64,000 bases of DNA, from contig OY970173.1 of the NCBI GenBank assembly GCA_963707635.1, positions 1,472,001-1,536,000 on the forward strand. Direction: 5' to 3'. The position numbers were made by a program, and so were the translations under genes. Source of the stretch: Candidatus Latescibacterota bacterium (GTDB lineage Bacteria > Krumholzibacteriota > Krumholzibacteriia > WVZY01 > JAKEHA01). The notes under the pieces are model-generated. The model had not been told where the DNA came from, did not search any database, and worked only from the letters and a program-made list of their open reading frames with translations. The stretch's first letter is position 1, and each line of letters opens with the position of its first letter. Below are positions 33,388 through 43,817 of the stretch, piece after piece.

Positions 33388-34185
33388 TTGAAGATCGTGG
33401 TGCTGGTGAAGAGCGTTCCCGACACCGAGTCGAAGATCAAGATTGCGGCGGACGGGATGTCGATCGACGGGCAGGGGCTCAAGTACATCATGAACCCCTA
33501 CGACGAGTTCGCGGTCGAGGAGGCGCTGCGCATCAAGGAGCGCCTGAAGGACGACACCACCGTGCTGGTGGTCGGGATGGGGCCCGATCGCGTGGTCGAC
33601 GTGCTGCGCACCGCGCTGGCGATGGGCGCGGACGACGCCATCCACGTCGGCGACCCCGCGTTCGAGGGCGGGGACGCGCAGACCAACGCGCGCGTGCTGG
33701 CCGAAGTCGTGCGGCCGCTGGGAGCGGACCTGGTGCTGGGCGGAAAGCAGGGCATCGACACCGACTCCGCGCAGACCGGCGCGGCGCTGGCGGAATACCT
33801 GGACATGCCGCAGGCGCTCATCGTCAACGAGCTCACGCTGGCCGATGACCGCAAGAGTGTCACCGCCCGGCGCCGGGTGGAAGGCGGCGACGAAATCGTC
33901 GCCATGACACTCCCCGCCCTGGTCACAGCCGAAAAGGGCCTCAACGAGCCCCGCTACGCGTCGCTCCCTGGCATCATGAAAGCCAAGAAGAAGGAAATCC
34001 GCAAGGTGACGCTCGCCGATCTACCGCTCAAGCCCGAGCAAGTAGGGGCGGCCGGGTCGAAGAGCAAGGTGATCCGCTACCACAACCTCCCCGAACGTCC
34101 GGCGGTCAAGATGATCGCGGGCGACGCCGGCCAGCAGGCGAAAGAGCTGGCGCGGTTGCTGCGCGAAGAGGCCAAGGTCATCTAG
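33388..34185 (+). CDS. etfB: Electron transfer flavoprotein beta subunit
   Basis: KSVPD, NPYDEFAVEEAL, GKQGID and NEPRYASLPGIMKAKKK; TTG start after GAGGAGG. Confidence 0.95.
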   Translation: MKIVVLVKSVPDTESKIKIAADGMSIDGQGLKYIMNPYDEFAVEEALRIKERLKDDTTVLVVGMGPDRVVDVLRTALAMGADDAIHVGDPAFEGGDAQTNARVLAEVVRPLGADLVLGGKQGIDTDSAQTGAALAEYLDMPQALIVNELTLADDRKSVTARRRVEGGDEIVAMTLPALVTAEKGLNEPRYASLPGIMKAKKKEIRKVTLADLPLKPEQVGAAGSKSKVIRYHNLPERPAVKMIAGDAGQQAKELARLLREEAKVI

Positions 34186-34220
34186 GTCGCGAACCAAAAC
34201 GGAAGGGACACACGGCACCG

Positions 34221-35207
34221 ATGGCAAACGGAATTCTGGTAGTCGGCGAGGTGCGCGGTGGCGCGCTCAAGGGCATTACGAAGGAAATCGTCACGGCGGC
34301 GAACGCGCTCTCCCAGGCCGGGGGCGGTCCGGTCAGCCTTGCGCTCCTGGGTGACGAGGCGGCCGCGGCGGCGAATCAGGCCCGCGCGCTCCCCGTCGCC
34401 CGGGTGTTCGTGGCGAAGCACGCCGCGCTCGTCCAGTATTCATCGCAGGCCGCCGCCGTTGCACTCCAGGCGGTGCTGGTGGCAAGCGGTGCGAAGCTCG
34501 TCCTCTTCGGTGCCACCGCGATGGGCCGCGATCTCTCCGCCCGCGCGGCGGCGCGCTGCGATGCGTCGCTGTTCACCGACTGCACCGAGATCAGTCTCAC
34601 GGGAGGGAATCTGCGCGCGAGGCGGCCCGTGTACTCCGGCAAGGTATACGTCGAGCTCGAATCCACCGCCGCGATTCAGATGGCGTCGATTCGCCCCAAC
34701 GTGTTCCCCCCCGCGACCGGGTCCGGCTCCGCCGAGATGGTGGAGGTGCAGGCCACGATCGACGCCGCGAGCGTGCGCGGGCGGGTGAAGGAAGTGGTCC
34801 AGACCGCGGGCGGCTCCAAGGACCTCACCGAGTCGGAGATCATCGTGTCGGGAGGCCGCTCGCTCAAGAGCGCGGACAACTTCGCGATCCTCAAGGCGCT
34901 GGCCGATGTACTGGGCGCCACCGTGGGCGCGTCGCGCGCGGCGGTGGACGCTGGGTACGCCCCGCATTCGATGCAGGTCGGCCAGACCGGAAAAGTCGTC
35001 AACCCGAAGTTGTACATCGCGGTCGGGATCTCGGGCGCGATCCAGCACCTGGTGGGCATGCGGACATCGAAAGTGATCGTGGCGATCAACAAGGACGCCA
35101 ACGCGCCGATCTTTCAGAAGGCCGACTACGGCATCGCCGGCGATCTGTTCGAGATCGTTCCGAAGCTGACCGAAGAGTTCCGCGCGCTGCTCGGCACGCA
35201 CGCTTGA
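34221..35207 (+). CDS. etfA: Electron transfer flavoprotein alpha subunit
   Basis: GASRAAVDAG, QVGQTGK and GISGAIQHLVGM. Confidence 0.96.
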   Translation: MANGILVVGEVRGGALKGITKEIVTAANALSQAGGGPVSLALLGDEAAAAANQARALPVARVFVAKHAALVQYSSQAAAVALQAVLVASGAKLVLFGATAMGRDLSARAAARCDASLFTDCTEISLTGGNLRARRPVYSGKVYVELESTAAIQMASIRPNVFPPATGSGSAEMVEVQATIDAASVRGRVKEVVQTAGGSKDLTESEIIVSGGRSLKSADNFAILKALADVLGATVGASRAAVDAGYAPHSMQVGQTGKVVNPKLYIAVGISGAIQHLVGMRTSKVIVAINKDANAPIFQKADYGIAGDLFEIVPKLTEEFRALLGTHA

Positions 35208-35210
35208 CCG

Positions 35211-36516
35211 TCAGAACGAGCATGTCACCGACAGCGACGCGACGGTCGCGGTCGCGTCGTCGCCGGCGCGGTCGTGGTCCTCGGGTTGATAGTCGGCGTA
35301 GGCGTTGAGCCAGACCGAGCCGTGCAGGCGCACGGTCGCGAATACGTCGACGCGGTGGTACCCGTAGTCGGAGAAGATGGCGTCCGGATCGGGTATCTCC
35401 CCTCTTTCGGGTGAGCTGTCGTAGAGCCGGTAGTCGCGCCAGCCGGGCTCGTACGACGCCGACACCCACGCCCCCGTCCCTCCCACCCATTCGAAGGCGA
35501 TCTTCGCCCCCAGCTCCTGGTATTCGTCCTGCGGCGATTCGTGGTTCTCGAGCCAGCCGAACGCGGGCCCCGCACCGACCTGCGCGCCGCCCCGGTTGAA
35601 GTTCAGCAGCACCTCGATGAGGTTGCGCAGGTAGGTCGCGTAGGCGCCGGATTGCTGGTCGTAGATGTAGTGTTCGAGCTCGTCGTTGAGCTCGAAGCTC
35701 CACTGCGGCGACAACGCCCATTCGAAGAAGCCCGAACCGAGCAATGCCCAAAAGGAGCTGCGGGTGGCGTCCGCGTCGTAGAGCCGGCGCTCGCAGCCCA
35801 TCGCCACCTGGACGCGCCGGTGGGCGTCGAGGTAGCTTCGGTATTCGACCAGCGGCGTCAGCGCCTGATAGTCGATCTGCGAGCTGTCCGGCACCGTCAT
35901 GGTGGTCAGGCGCAGCCCGACCGTGACCGTGTGGATCAGGCCGCCGGCGACGTCGGCCGACGCGGTCACCGCATTGCGCGTGAAGTCGTAGTCGAACTCG
36001 GTGCGCTCGTCGTAGTCCACGCGTTCGACCCGGTCGTCGAGCTTGAGGGTGATCCCGTCGCTCGCGCGCCAGCGAAGGGTGCCGCGCGCGACCGCGCGCA
36101 GATAGCCGTTGGGGAAGTCGTACTGGGAGCCCGCGCGGTACCCCCGGCGTCCGGCTTCCGCGTCGAGGTGGATCGCGTGCCGGCCGGCGGCGCCGAAGCG
36201 GCGCGTCGCGACGGCGTGCCCGCCCGCCTCGTAGCTCGATTCACCCAGCAGCCCCTTCGCCTCGAGCAGGGCGTAGTTGCGCCCGAGCACTCCGGCTGCG
36301 TATCCCATGCGCAGTCGCGCGCAGAACTCGGCGACGCTGCTCAAGGTGTCGTCGTCCGCCACCGTGTAGCGCTCCATGTACGAGTCGAACCCGATTTCGG
36401 CGGCGCCGACCCAGCGGTGCGTCCGCGGCGCGTTCGGCGGACGCGGCCAGCAGCGCGAGCACCGGCAGGACGATGTGTAGGACCGGGCGGAGGTCGCGAC
36501 CCGCGCGCCCCGTCAC
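35211..36516 (-). pseudogene. Probable outer-membrane beta-barrel protein; signal peptide out of frame (frameshift about 36415-36445)
   Basis: Tyr/Trp-rich alternating strands ending in ...SLSVTCSF; GTG 36516 overlaps the upstream stop (GTGA) and encodes a signal peptide in a different frame from RWVGAAEIGFDSYMERY. Confidence 0.65.
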
Positions 36517-36848
36517 GGCGCGCGCTCCAGAACGGAGATCGCGCGCGCGATCAGGTCGAACGCCAGCTCGTATTCCGACTCCGCCATGAGGTCGAGGGCC
36601 TCGCGGCGCAGGCTGCGCGCCTCGGCGAGGTCCGCAATGGATGCGGCCGGGTCGGAATCCCGTGCGGCTAGGAGTGAATCGAGCTGCTGAAGCGCCACGT
36701 CGCACGCGGCCGCCCACGAGGCGCTCGTGGAATCGGAAACGGCGGCTGCGTCGGGAGGCGGGCTTCCCGGAAAGTCGTTCGCCGCGCACGCGAGAGCGCA
36801 CGCGGCGAAGAGCGTGAGGGCGACAGCGGTGCGGCTAGAAGGCGGCAT
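36513..36848 (-). CDS. Small helical lipoprotein
   Basis: Hydrophobic signal with LAC lipobox; overlaps both neighbours. Confidence 0.65.
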   Translation of the reverse strand: MPPSSRTAVALTLFAACALACAANDFPGSPPPDAAAVSDSTSASWAAACDVALQQLDSLLAARDSDPAASIADLAEARSLRREALDLMAESEYELAFDLIARAISVLERAP

Positions 36849-38127
36849 CGCCCAGTAGCCGCAGCCCTTCTCGGGCCAGGTTGTTGGCGACCTTGGTCAG
36901 GGCCAGCGCGCGGCGGGCATCGCCGTCGGCGAACGCGTGCCGGGCCTCTTCCTGACGGCTCCGCGCACGGCGCAGCACGTCGCGCGCCTCGGCGTCGTCG
37001 TGAGACTCGACGGCGTGCTGCAGGCGGTCGAGCAATTCGTCGGTGCGCGCCAGCGCGGTCTCGACCGCGCCTGCATCGACGGACCCGCCGGAACTACCGA
37101 GCGCCTCCCGGACGATCGCGCGGGCACGCATGGTTTGGCGGAGCGCCGCCTCGAATTCCGACTGCTGCAAGGAATGCCTGGCTGCTTCCTGTGCGCGCGA
37201 CGCTTCCGCCATCCGCTCGACCACGTTGCGTTCTCCGCGCTCCTGCGTCACCTCGCGCGCCCGTTCCAGGATGTCGTCCGTGGTCGCCACCGCGCGCTCG
37301 ACGTTCTCGGCGCTGGCCTCGCCCCCGGAGGCGGCGCGAAGCGCGCGCAGCCCGAGGCTTCGGGCCGCGAGCGTGCGCTCGCGCGCGATGGCATCGTCGC
37401 CCGCGACCGCACCCGCGCGCGCCTGGGTCTGCAGCTCGACCGCCCGGTCGGCCAGATTCGCCAGCGCCGGCGGCAGGGTCGGCCGAAGGTCGGCGAGGCG
37501 CTCGAGCACCCGGTCGGTGCGCTCGATTTCGTTCTCGACGTCGTCGACGTCGACCAGGTCGCGGCGCAGCAGGCGCAGCGCGCGCAGCGAGAGCGAGGCC
37601 GACGACTCGGCGAGGTTGAGCGAGACTTCGAACGTGTGCTGCTGGAGCTGCTCGCGCGCGCGCCGGAGGTTGTCGTTCGCCTCCATGATCAGACGCCGGG
37701 CGGCGGCGGCGCGGGACCCCGCGTCCTCGAACGCGGTACGCGCCTGTTCCAGGCGGATGGCGGCGCGCTCGATCGCTTTGAGCGCCTGTTCCTCGAGGCG
37801 GGCTTCGCGCTTCGCGATCGCGATTGTCTGCTGAATGACCTCACGCGTGCGCAGCGCCGCCCGCGCCGCCATACCGGGGCGATTCTCTTCGAGCAACTTG
37901 ACGGATTGCGCCTGCAACGCGCGCGCGGTCTCGAGCGAGCCGCGCGCCTTGGTGCTGTTGGTCTCCTGCACCAGCGTTGCCGCCACGTCGAGCAGCTCGG
38001 CGTTGCGTTCGATGAACTCGCGCACATTGGCGGCGTCGACGGTTTGCGCCTGCGCGGACATCGGGGCGAGCGCAACCACCAGCGTGGCGAGTGTCACGAG
38101 TATCAAGCAACGGCAGAGTCGGATCAT
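36835..38127 (-). CDS. Secreted all-helical repeat protein (about five ~75-aa repeats)
   Basis: Signal peptide ending AQA; repeats begin IERNAELLD, IERAAIRLE, IERTDRVLE, VATTDDILE and LARTDELLD. Confidence 0.75.
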   Translation of the reverse strand: MIRLCRCLILVTLATLVVALAPMSAQAQTVDAANVREFIERNAELLDVAATLVQETNSTKARGSLETARALQAQSVKLLEENRPGMAARAALRTREVIQQTIAIAKREARLEEQALKAIERAAIRLEQARTAFEDAGSRAAAARRLIMEANDNLRRAREQLQQHTFEVSLNLAESSASLSLRALRLLRRDLVDVDDVENEIERTDRVLERLADLRPTLPPALANLADRAVELQTQARAGAVAGDDAIARERTLAARSLGLRALRAASGGEASAENVERAVATTDDILERAREVTQERGERNVVERMAEASRAQEAARHSLQQSEFEAALRQTMRARAIVREALGSSGGSVDAGAVETALARTDELLDRLQHAVESHDDAEARDVLRRARSRQEEARHAFADGDARRALALTKVANNLAREGLRLLGDAAF

Positions 38128-38173
38128 GGTCGCGGTACCCGCAAGACGTGCGGGTGCTCCTTTCCTCGCTAAA

Positions 38174-38190
38174 CGCAAGCGAGGTGCCAG
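38174..38190 (-). promoter_or_regulatory. sigma54 -24/-12 promoter
   Basis: CTGGCAC-CTCGC-TTGCG, a near-perfect consensus, 47 nt before ATG 38127; AT-rich IHF-like tract at 38216-38243; adjacent to a bEBP gene. Confidence 0.85.
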
Positions 38191-38314
38191 CCGGTCGGAG
38201 CGCCGCCAGACGGAGCAACTAATTGCAAATAAATCACATACATGATCGCTGGCGTTTCGATGCCACCGTCGCGGCTGAACGCCCCGGTACAGCCCTGCCC
38301 GGCGTGGTGCACGC

Positions 38315-39643
38315 CTACTCCAGGTGGTAGCGTTCCAGCCGGCCGTAGAGCGCGCGCCGGGTGATGCCGAGCAGGCGGGCGGCCTCACTCTTGTTGCCGC
38401 CGGTCGCCTCGAGCGCGCGCGCGATCAGATGCTTCTCGGATTCCTCGAGGTTGAGCGTCTCGCCGGCTGCGGACACCGACGCACCCGCTGCCGCGAGTGG
38501 CGCCAGCAGGACGTCTTCGGTGAGGATGCGTCCCCGCGGCCGCAGAATGACGGCGCGCTCGAGCACGTTGCGAAGCTCACGGACGTTGCCCGGCCAGTCG
38601 TAGGCGGCCAGCCGCGCCATCACCTCGTCGCCGAGGTCCGCGCCCGGGCGTCCCCATTCCGCCAGGAATCGGCGCGCGAGGTCGACGATGTCCTCGCGCC
38701 GCTCGCGCAGCGGCGAGAGCACGATCGGAAAGACGTTCAGGCGGTAGAAGAGGTCCTGGCGAAAGCTCCCGCGCGCGATTTCCTGCTCCAGGGGCCGGTG
38801 TGTCGCCGAGACGAGACGGACGTCGACGTGGACGTCCTTGACCCCGCCCAGCGGGGTGAAGGTCTGGGTCTCGAGGACGCGGAGGAGCTTGGCCTGGAGC
38901 GAAAGCGGGAGATCGCCGATCTCGTCCAAGAAGAGCGTGCCGCGATCCGCCAGCAGGAACTGGCCGGCTTTGCTGCGGCCCGCGCCCGTGAACGCTCCTT
39001 TTTCGTACCCGAAGAGCTCGCTCTCGAGCAGTGTCTCGGGAATCGCGGCGCAATTGACGGCGATCAACGGTCCCGACGCGCGTCGCGACGCACGATGCAC
39101 GGCGCGCGCGACCACCTCCTTGCCGGTCCCGCTCTCGCCCCGGATCAGGACGGGCGCGTCGGAATGCGCGAGCCCCTCGATCAGACGGCGGACCTCGCCG
39201 AGGGCCGCGCTCGACCCGATCAATTCGTCGCCCGCGCCCCGCGACAGCGCCTCCCGGAGGCCGCGGTTCTCGACCTGGAGGCGGCGTTTCTCCTCCACCC
39301 GGGCGAGCAGCAGGAGGACCTCGTCGGTGCGAAACGGCTTGATGATGTAATCGTAGGCGCCCTCGCGCATGGTCGCGATCGCGGTTTCGATCGACGCGTA
39401 CGCGGTCATGATCACCACGTCCACCGACGGGTGACGACGCCGGATCTCCTTCAGGAGCGAGAGACCGTCCATCCCCTCCATGCGCAGATCCGTGATGACG
39501 ACGTCGGGCTCGTGGTCCGCCAGCATCGCGAGGGCCTCGCGCGCGCTGGTGGTGGAACGCACCGCATGGCCGGCGTCGGTCAACTCGTCGGCGAGCAGGC
39601 GGCCAATTCGTGGTTCGTCGTCGACGATCAGAATCGCTGCCAT
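38315..39643 (-). CDS. sigma54-dependent response regulator (NtrC/AtoC/ZraR family)
   Basis: Receiver ILIVDDE and TDLRM; GESGTGKE; ESELFG...GAFTGA; WPGNVREL; Fis-type HTH. Confidence 0.95.
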   Translation of the reverse strand: MAAILIVDDEPRIGRLLADELTDAGHAVRSTTSAREALAMLADHEPDVVITDLRMEGMDGLSLLKEIRRRHPSVDVVIMTAYASIETAIATMREGAYDYIIKPFRTDEVLLLLARVEEKRRLQVENRGLREALSRGAGDELIGSSAALGEVRRLIEGLAHSDAPVLIRGESGTGKEVVARAVHRASRRASGPLIAVNCAAIPETLLESELFGYEKGAFTGAGRSKAGQFLLADRGTLFLDEIGDLPLSLQAKLLRVLETQTFTPLGGVKDVHVDVRLVSATHRPLEQEIARGSFRQDLFYRLNVFPIVLSPLRERREDIVDLARRFLAEWGRPGADLGDEVMARLAAYDWPGNVRELRNVLERAVILRPRGRILTEDVLLAPLAAAGASVSAAGETLNLEESEKHLIARALEATGGNKSEAARLLGITRRALYGRLERYHLE

Positions 39644-39647
39644 GCGT

Positions 39648-40952
39648 TCACGCCTCCGGTTCGCGCGCGAGCGGCAGCGTGAGGACGACGCGCGCGCCCC
39701 GATCGTTGGATACGATGGTGAGGGTGCCGCGGTGCTCATCGATCACCGACTGCGCCACCGTGAGCCCGAGACCGCTGCCGTTGGTCCTGGTGGTGACGAA
39801 AGGACGGGTGGCGTCCTTGAGGATGGTCGCGTCGAACCCCGGCCCGTCGTCCAGGATCTCGATCCGCGCGGCATCGCCCTCGCTCGCGATGGTGACGTCG
39901 ACGCGGGCGCGGGCGGACTGCACCGCGTTCAACAGGACATTGAGCACCGCCTGCCGAATCTTGCGCTCGTCGCCGAGCAGGGTCGCGTCGTTCGCGGGCG
40001 TCACCACCACCACGCCCCGCGAGCGCGCTTCGTCCTCCAGCGCGGCCACCGAGCGCTGGACGGCCTTGAGCGCCGACACCGGGCCGAATTGCGACGGCCG
40101 CGCCTGCGCGAATTCGAGGTAGCCGGTCAGGATGCGATCGAGCTCATCCACCTCGTCGGCGATATAGGCCAGCGCCTCGTCGTGGATGCCGTGCTTGCGT
40201 TCGATCCGTTCCGCCGAAGCGCGAATGATGCTCAGCGGATTTCGAATCTCGTGGGCGATCGTCGCCACCAGGCGCCCCAGGCTCGCGAGGTTCTCCTGCT
40301 GCAAGAGCCGCTCCTGGGCACGGTCCAGCGAGCGGCTCTGGCGGTAGAACAGAAGCCCGAGGGCGAGCACCACCGAGGCATTGCCCACCGAAATGAAAGC
40401 GATGAGACTGGCCAGTTCGCGCAGCTGCGCAAAGTACGACGCCCCGGCCTCGACTCCCACCATGCCGATCACCGTGCCGGCTTTCGACACGATCGGCGCG
40501 TACGCGCTCTTCATGTAGATCTCGCCGGTCCGATACAGGCTGGTCGTCGACGAGATACCCGCGCGCGCGAGACTCACCGCGCCGACGTCGAGGGCGATGA
40601 ACGGGTTCGATTCGCCGGGCGAAGAGTAGCCGGCGAGATCGGCCACCGTGCGCCCCTCCGGGGTGATCACCACCACATTGGAAAGACCGTTCTCTTCCCG
40701 GGTCAGCACGAGCGGCTCGTACCAGGACGCGTCCACCGCGCCGATGGAAAGGGAATCGGGAGTTGTACCTTCCACCGTGTGCGCCAGCGCCATCGCGATC
40801 GAGCGGAGGCGCTCCCCCATCTGCGCGTCCAGGTGCGACCGCGCGCGCCGGTAGAGCGCGTAGTTGGTCACAACCAGCAGGGTCGAGAACGCGGTCAGGA
40901 AACCGGCGAACAGGAGGAGTCGCTTGTGGGCGGATGTGGCGGTGATGGCCAT
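39648..40952 (-). CDS. Membrane sensor histidine kinase
   Basis: Two TM segments flanking a periplasmic domain; AHEIRNPL H-box; NAVQ, DDGPG and GSGLGL boxes. Confidence 0.93.
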   Translation of the reverse strand: MAITATSAHKRLLLFAGFLTAFSTLLVVTNYALYRRARSHLDAQMGERLRSIAMALAHTVEGTTPDSLSIGAVDASWYEPLVLTREENGLSNVVVITPEGRTVADLAGYSSPGESNPFIALDVGAVSLARAGISSTTSLYRTGEIYMKSAYAPIVSKAGTVIGMVGVEAGASYFAQLRELASLIAFISVGNASVVLALGLLFYRQSRSLDRAQERLLQQENLASLGRLVATIAHEIRNPLSIIRASAERIERKHGIHDEALAYIADEVDELDRILTGYLEFAQARPSQFGPVSALKAVQRSVAALEDEARSRGVVVVTPANDATLLGDERKIRQAVLNVLLNAVQSARARVDVTIASEGDAARIEILDDGPGFDATILKDATRPFVTTRTNGSGLGLTVAQSVIDEHRGTLTIVSNDRGARVVLTLPLAREPEA

Positions 40953-41027
40953 GGCTCACGAAGGGCGCCCCGAACGGGTTTCGCGCGCCCCGGGGGATTG
41001 TAGGTCCGCCTGCGCGGAAGGCGCACG

Positions 41028-41061
41028 AAAAAAAAGGCGCGAGCCATAGAGGCCCGCGCCT
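41028..41061 (-). terminator. Intrinsic terminator after the 41090..43561 gene
   Basis: AGGCGCGGGCC-loop-GGCTCGCGCCT stem with a T-run on the minus strand. Confidence 0.8.
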
Positions 41062-41089
41062 GTTCCGGTGCGCCGCGTGAATGCCGGCG

Positions 41090-43561
41090 CTAGCGGATAA
41101 CCACGAACTTGCCGATCTTGCGCGTGTAGGCGTCGTTCGTGTCGGTCTCGACCGCGAAGATGTAGACCCCGCTGGTCACGTCCTGACCGTTGCGGCTGAC
41201 GAGATCCCACTTCATGGTGCCGTTACCGGCGGTTCCGTCGAAGGGGAGCTCCTCGACCAGATCGCCCGCCAGGGTGAAGATTCGGATGGTACCGCGATCC
41301 GCCGGGAGGTTGCGGAACTCCACCTTGATACCGGTCGGGTCGTCGTTGTTGGGAGAGAGTGTCCACGGCGCCATCGACTCGGTCGTGGCCGGGTTCGGAA
41401 CCACGTAAACCGCGTCCTCGTTGTACGAGTAGTCCGGCTGTGACACGGTGTTGGGCTCCACATACAGGAAATTGGACTGCGGGTCGCCGATCTTGCCTTC
41501 GGAGAACGCCTTGGTCGTGCCGTCGATGGCGTGGTCGCCCGCGGCGACTGCGTAGAAATATGGGCGACCGCGGTGAATCGTCGTATCGACATACCGGTAG
41601 TACTGCCGACCGCCCTCCACGCCCAGCTCCCACGCCGCCAGCGCGGTCAGCGTGTCGCAGACCTCCTGGGTGACGCCCTGAGGACACGGCGGCGTCGTAC
41701 CGGGAAACTCCAGCATCTGCTGCTTGAGTGAGTTGATCATGTCCCGCTTCACCGCCGGCGAGAGCAGGTGCGTGAGCGGCTCGTACCGGTACCGGCTCAA
41801 GCCGGTGTCCTCACCGAAATTGTTTACGATGTCCGCCTGAAAGAGCAGTTTCCACAGGTTGGCGGGAGGCCCGTTGCTCGCGGACGTGCCGATGGGACGG
41901 GTCCAGTTGTCGGCCCGGAATATCCGGTAGCCTTCGAAGTCCTGCTCCTGCGTCTTCACGTCGGGCACGGTCTCGCTGAAGTTGTCCCAGTAGAGGACGA
42001 TGCCGTCCTTGCCCGCGTCGTCGATGCGGATCTTGGGCGGCGGGGGTGCTGTGCCGACGATCCAGAACAACTGTGTCTCGTTGCCGGCGACGCCGGTCCG
42101 GAATTTGGCGCTGTCCGCCTCCGAGTATCCACACAACAGCTTGAACTGGCGTTCTTCACCGCAATCGTTGTTGATCCAGAGGGTCTTGCCGGCCCCGACG
42201 GTGACGTTGGAGGCGCCCTCGTACAGGCAGGAGTCGATGATGACGCCTTGCGCCGGCCCGCGGACCCTGGTCTCGCGCCCAGCGATTCCGGTGCTCTTGG
42301 TGAAATCGAGGTCGAACCAGGCGCCCTCGAAGGTGAACTGGGCGTTAGCGGCGTTCGTGACCATGCCGTCGAGGCCCTTCCCGATGGCGAACGCGGTCTG
42401 AAACACAAGGGTGCTTCCCGGAAGCAGCTCCGCGAACGGGCCCGCCGCCATCATCATGCGATAGTCGCGCGGAAACGCCTGGTCACGATCACGGACCTCC
42501 GAGGACAGGAGTTCATAACGCTCGAAGTCGTTGGTCGGGTCGCCGCCAGCCTCGAACGACGCGGAGCCGGAGAAGTTCGCGTATGTGGCCACGCCCACCT
42601 TCATGGGGGCGGACTCGCCGGTCGGGTCCGTTGTGTGTCCGAGGAACAACACGCCCAGATACCCGGGGGTGGCGCCCTCGTCGCCGTCGATGTCGTACAC
42701 GTAGGCGATGTCCATCAGCACGGGGCCAAGGTCGGTGCAGCGAAGCTGGGCGCCCAGGAATCCCGTTCCGTCATCCTCCCAGTAGTTTTCCCTTGTGCGC
42801 GGACCCGCGTCGCCGTCGGCGAAGAAGCCGATAAACATGTCCTCGAGTGGGTCCTTACCGACGTTGGTGATCCAGAATTGCGCACCCACGAAGTCGTCGA
42901 ACCGGTCCTCCTCCCACTGATAGCTCTCCTGGCGAACGTGGAGGTTGAGCGGGTTGTGCTGCGGGTAGATCTGCACGGACGAGGGACCGTAGTCAATATA
43001 CTGGCAGGAAAACATCTGCTTGGAGACGGCGGCAAAGTCTTCGTCGGTCTCGCCGTCGCCGTCGTCGTCAAATCCGTTGAGCCAGTCCTCGTCGACCAGC
43101 CCGTCTCTGTCGTCGTCGGCCGTCGTCGACGGCTTGCGGTTGCCGCCCCGCACTCCCTCCGCCGCCCGGTAGATAATGTCGTGCGGATCCTGCGAGGGTC
43201 GGAACTCCGCCGCGTATGTCGACGTGGTCACCGCCGGAATGCCGGCCTTGATCGCTCCGACCCACAGTCCCGCCGCGAAGAGATACTCGACGCCGCTGCC
43301 GGCCGGCCACTGGGCGGATGGTGATCCGGCAAAAGGCTGAGTGGAACCCGGCCACGAGCCGAACAATCCCCAGTTACCAACGTGCATCTGCAGCTCGCCG
43401 ACGTTGTGCACGTTCGAACCGTTGAGGACCAGAACTCGGTTGGGTCCACCGGGGCCCTTCTGGATTCCTTCGGCGGGTTGATCGATGTGGGCCACGAGCA
43501 CGGATGGCGCCACGGCTGCCCAAAGAAATACCGCGACGCACAAGAGATTACGCTTCTTCAT
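41090..43561 (-). CDS. Secreted protein of unknown function with Ca-binding DxDxDG motifs, an FN3-like region and an FCB-type C-terminal sorting domain
   Basis: Signal peptide MKKRNLL...; DDDRDGLVDED and DDDGDGETDEDF; tail VYVVPNP...IRIFTLAGDLV...WDL...SGVYIF...GKFVVIR. Confidence 0.8.
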   Translation of the reverse strand: MKKRNLLCVAVFLWAAVAPSVLVAHIDQPAEGIQKGPGGPNRVLVLNGSNVHNVGELQMHVGNWGLFGSWPGSTQPFAGSPSAQWPAGSGVEYLFAAGLWVGAIKAGIPAVTTSTYAAEFRPSQDPHDIIYRAAEGVRGGNRKPSTTADDDRDGLVDEDWLNGFDDDGDGETDEDFAAVSKQMFSCQYIDYGPSSVQIYPQHNPLNLHVRQESYQWEEDRFDDFVGAQFWITNVGKDPLEDMFIGFFADGDAGPRTRENYWEDDGTGFLGAQLRCTDLGPVLMDIAYVYDIDGDEGATPGYLGVLFLGHTTDPTGESAPMKVGVATYANFSGSASFEAGGDPTNDFERYELLSSEVRDRDQAFPRDYRMMMAAGPFAELLPGSTLVFQTAFAIGKGLDGMVTNAANAQFTFEGAWFDLDFTKSTGIAGRETRVRGPAQGVIIDSCLYEGASNVTVGAGKTLWINNDCGEERQFKLLCGYSEADSAKFRTGVAGNETQLFWIVGTAPPPPKIRIDDAGKDGIVLYWDNFSETVPDVKTQEQDFEGYRIFRADNWTRPIGTSASNGPPANLWKLLFQADIVNNFGEDTGLSRYRYEPLTHLLSPAVKRDMINSLKQQMLEFPGTTPPCPQGVTQEVCDTLTALAAWELGVEGGRQYYRYVDTTIHRGRPYFYAVAAGDHAIDGTTKAFSEGKIGDPQSNFLYVEPNTVSQPDYSYNEDAVYVVPNPATTESMAPWTLSPNNDDPTGIKVEFRNLPADRGTIRIFTLAGDLVEELPFDGTAGNGTMKWDLVSRNGQDVTSGVYIFAVETDTNDAYTRKIGKFVVIR

Positions 43562-43817
43562 TCCGGCGTCCTTCCTTCTACGGAAGACCGTGCATTTCAT
43601 GTTGGAAACCGGGCTGCCGGCCAGGCTCGTCAGTTCTGATGGAACGAGTGGTGGGATCACCCTAAAGAAACCACGGGGTGTGGCTGCCTGTCAAGCGATT
43701 TCACGGGGCTAACTGGTCCGAAGAGTTCGGGTTCCGGCGGCGGGCAGCGCCCGCGCCTTTCCGGCCCTGGCACTGGTGGGGTGGCACCTAAATGCGCTCC
43801 TCGTGTACCATTGCCTC

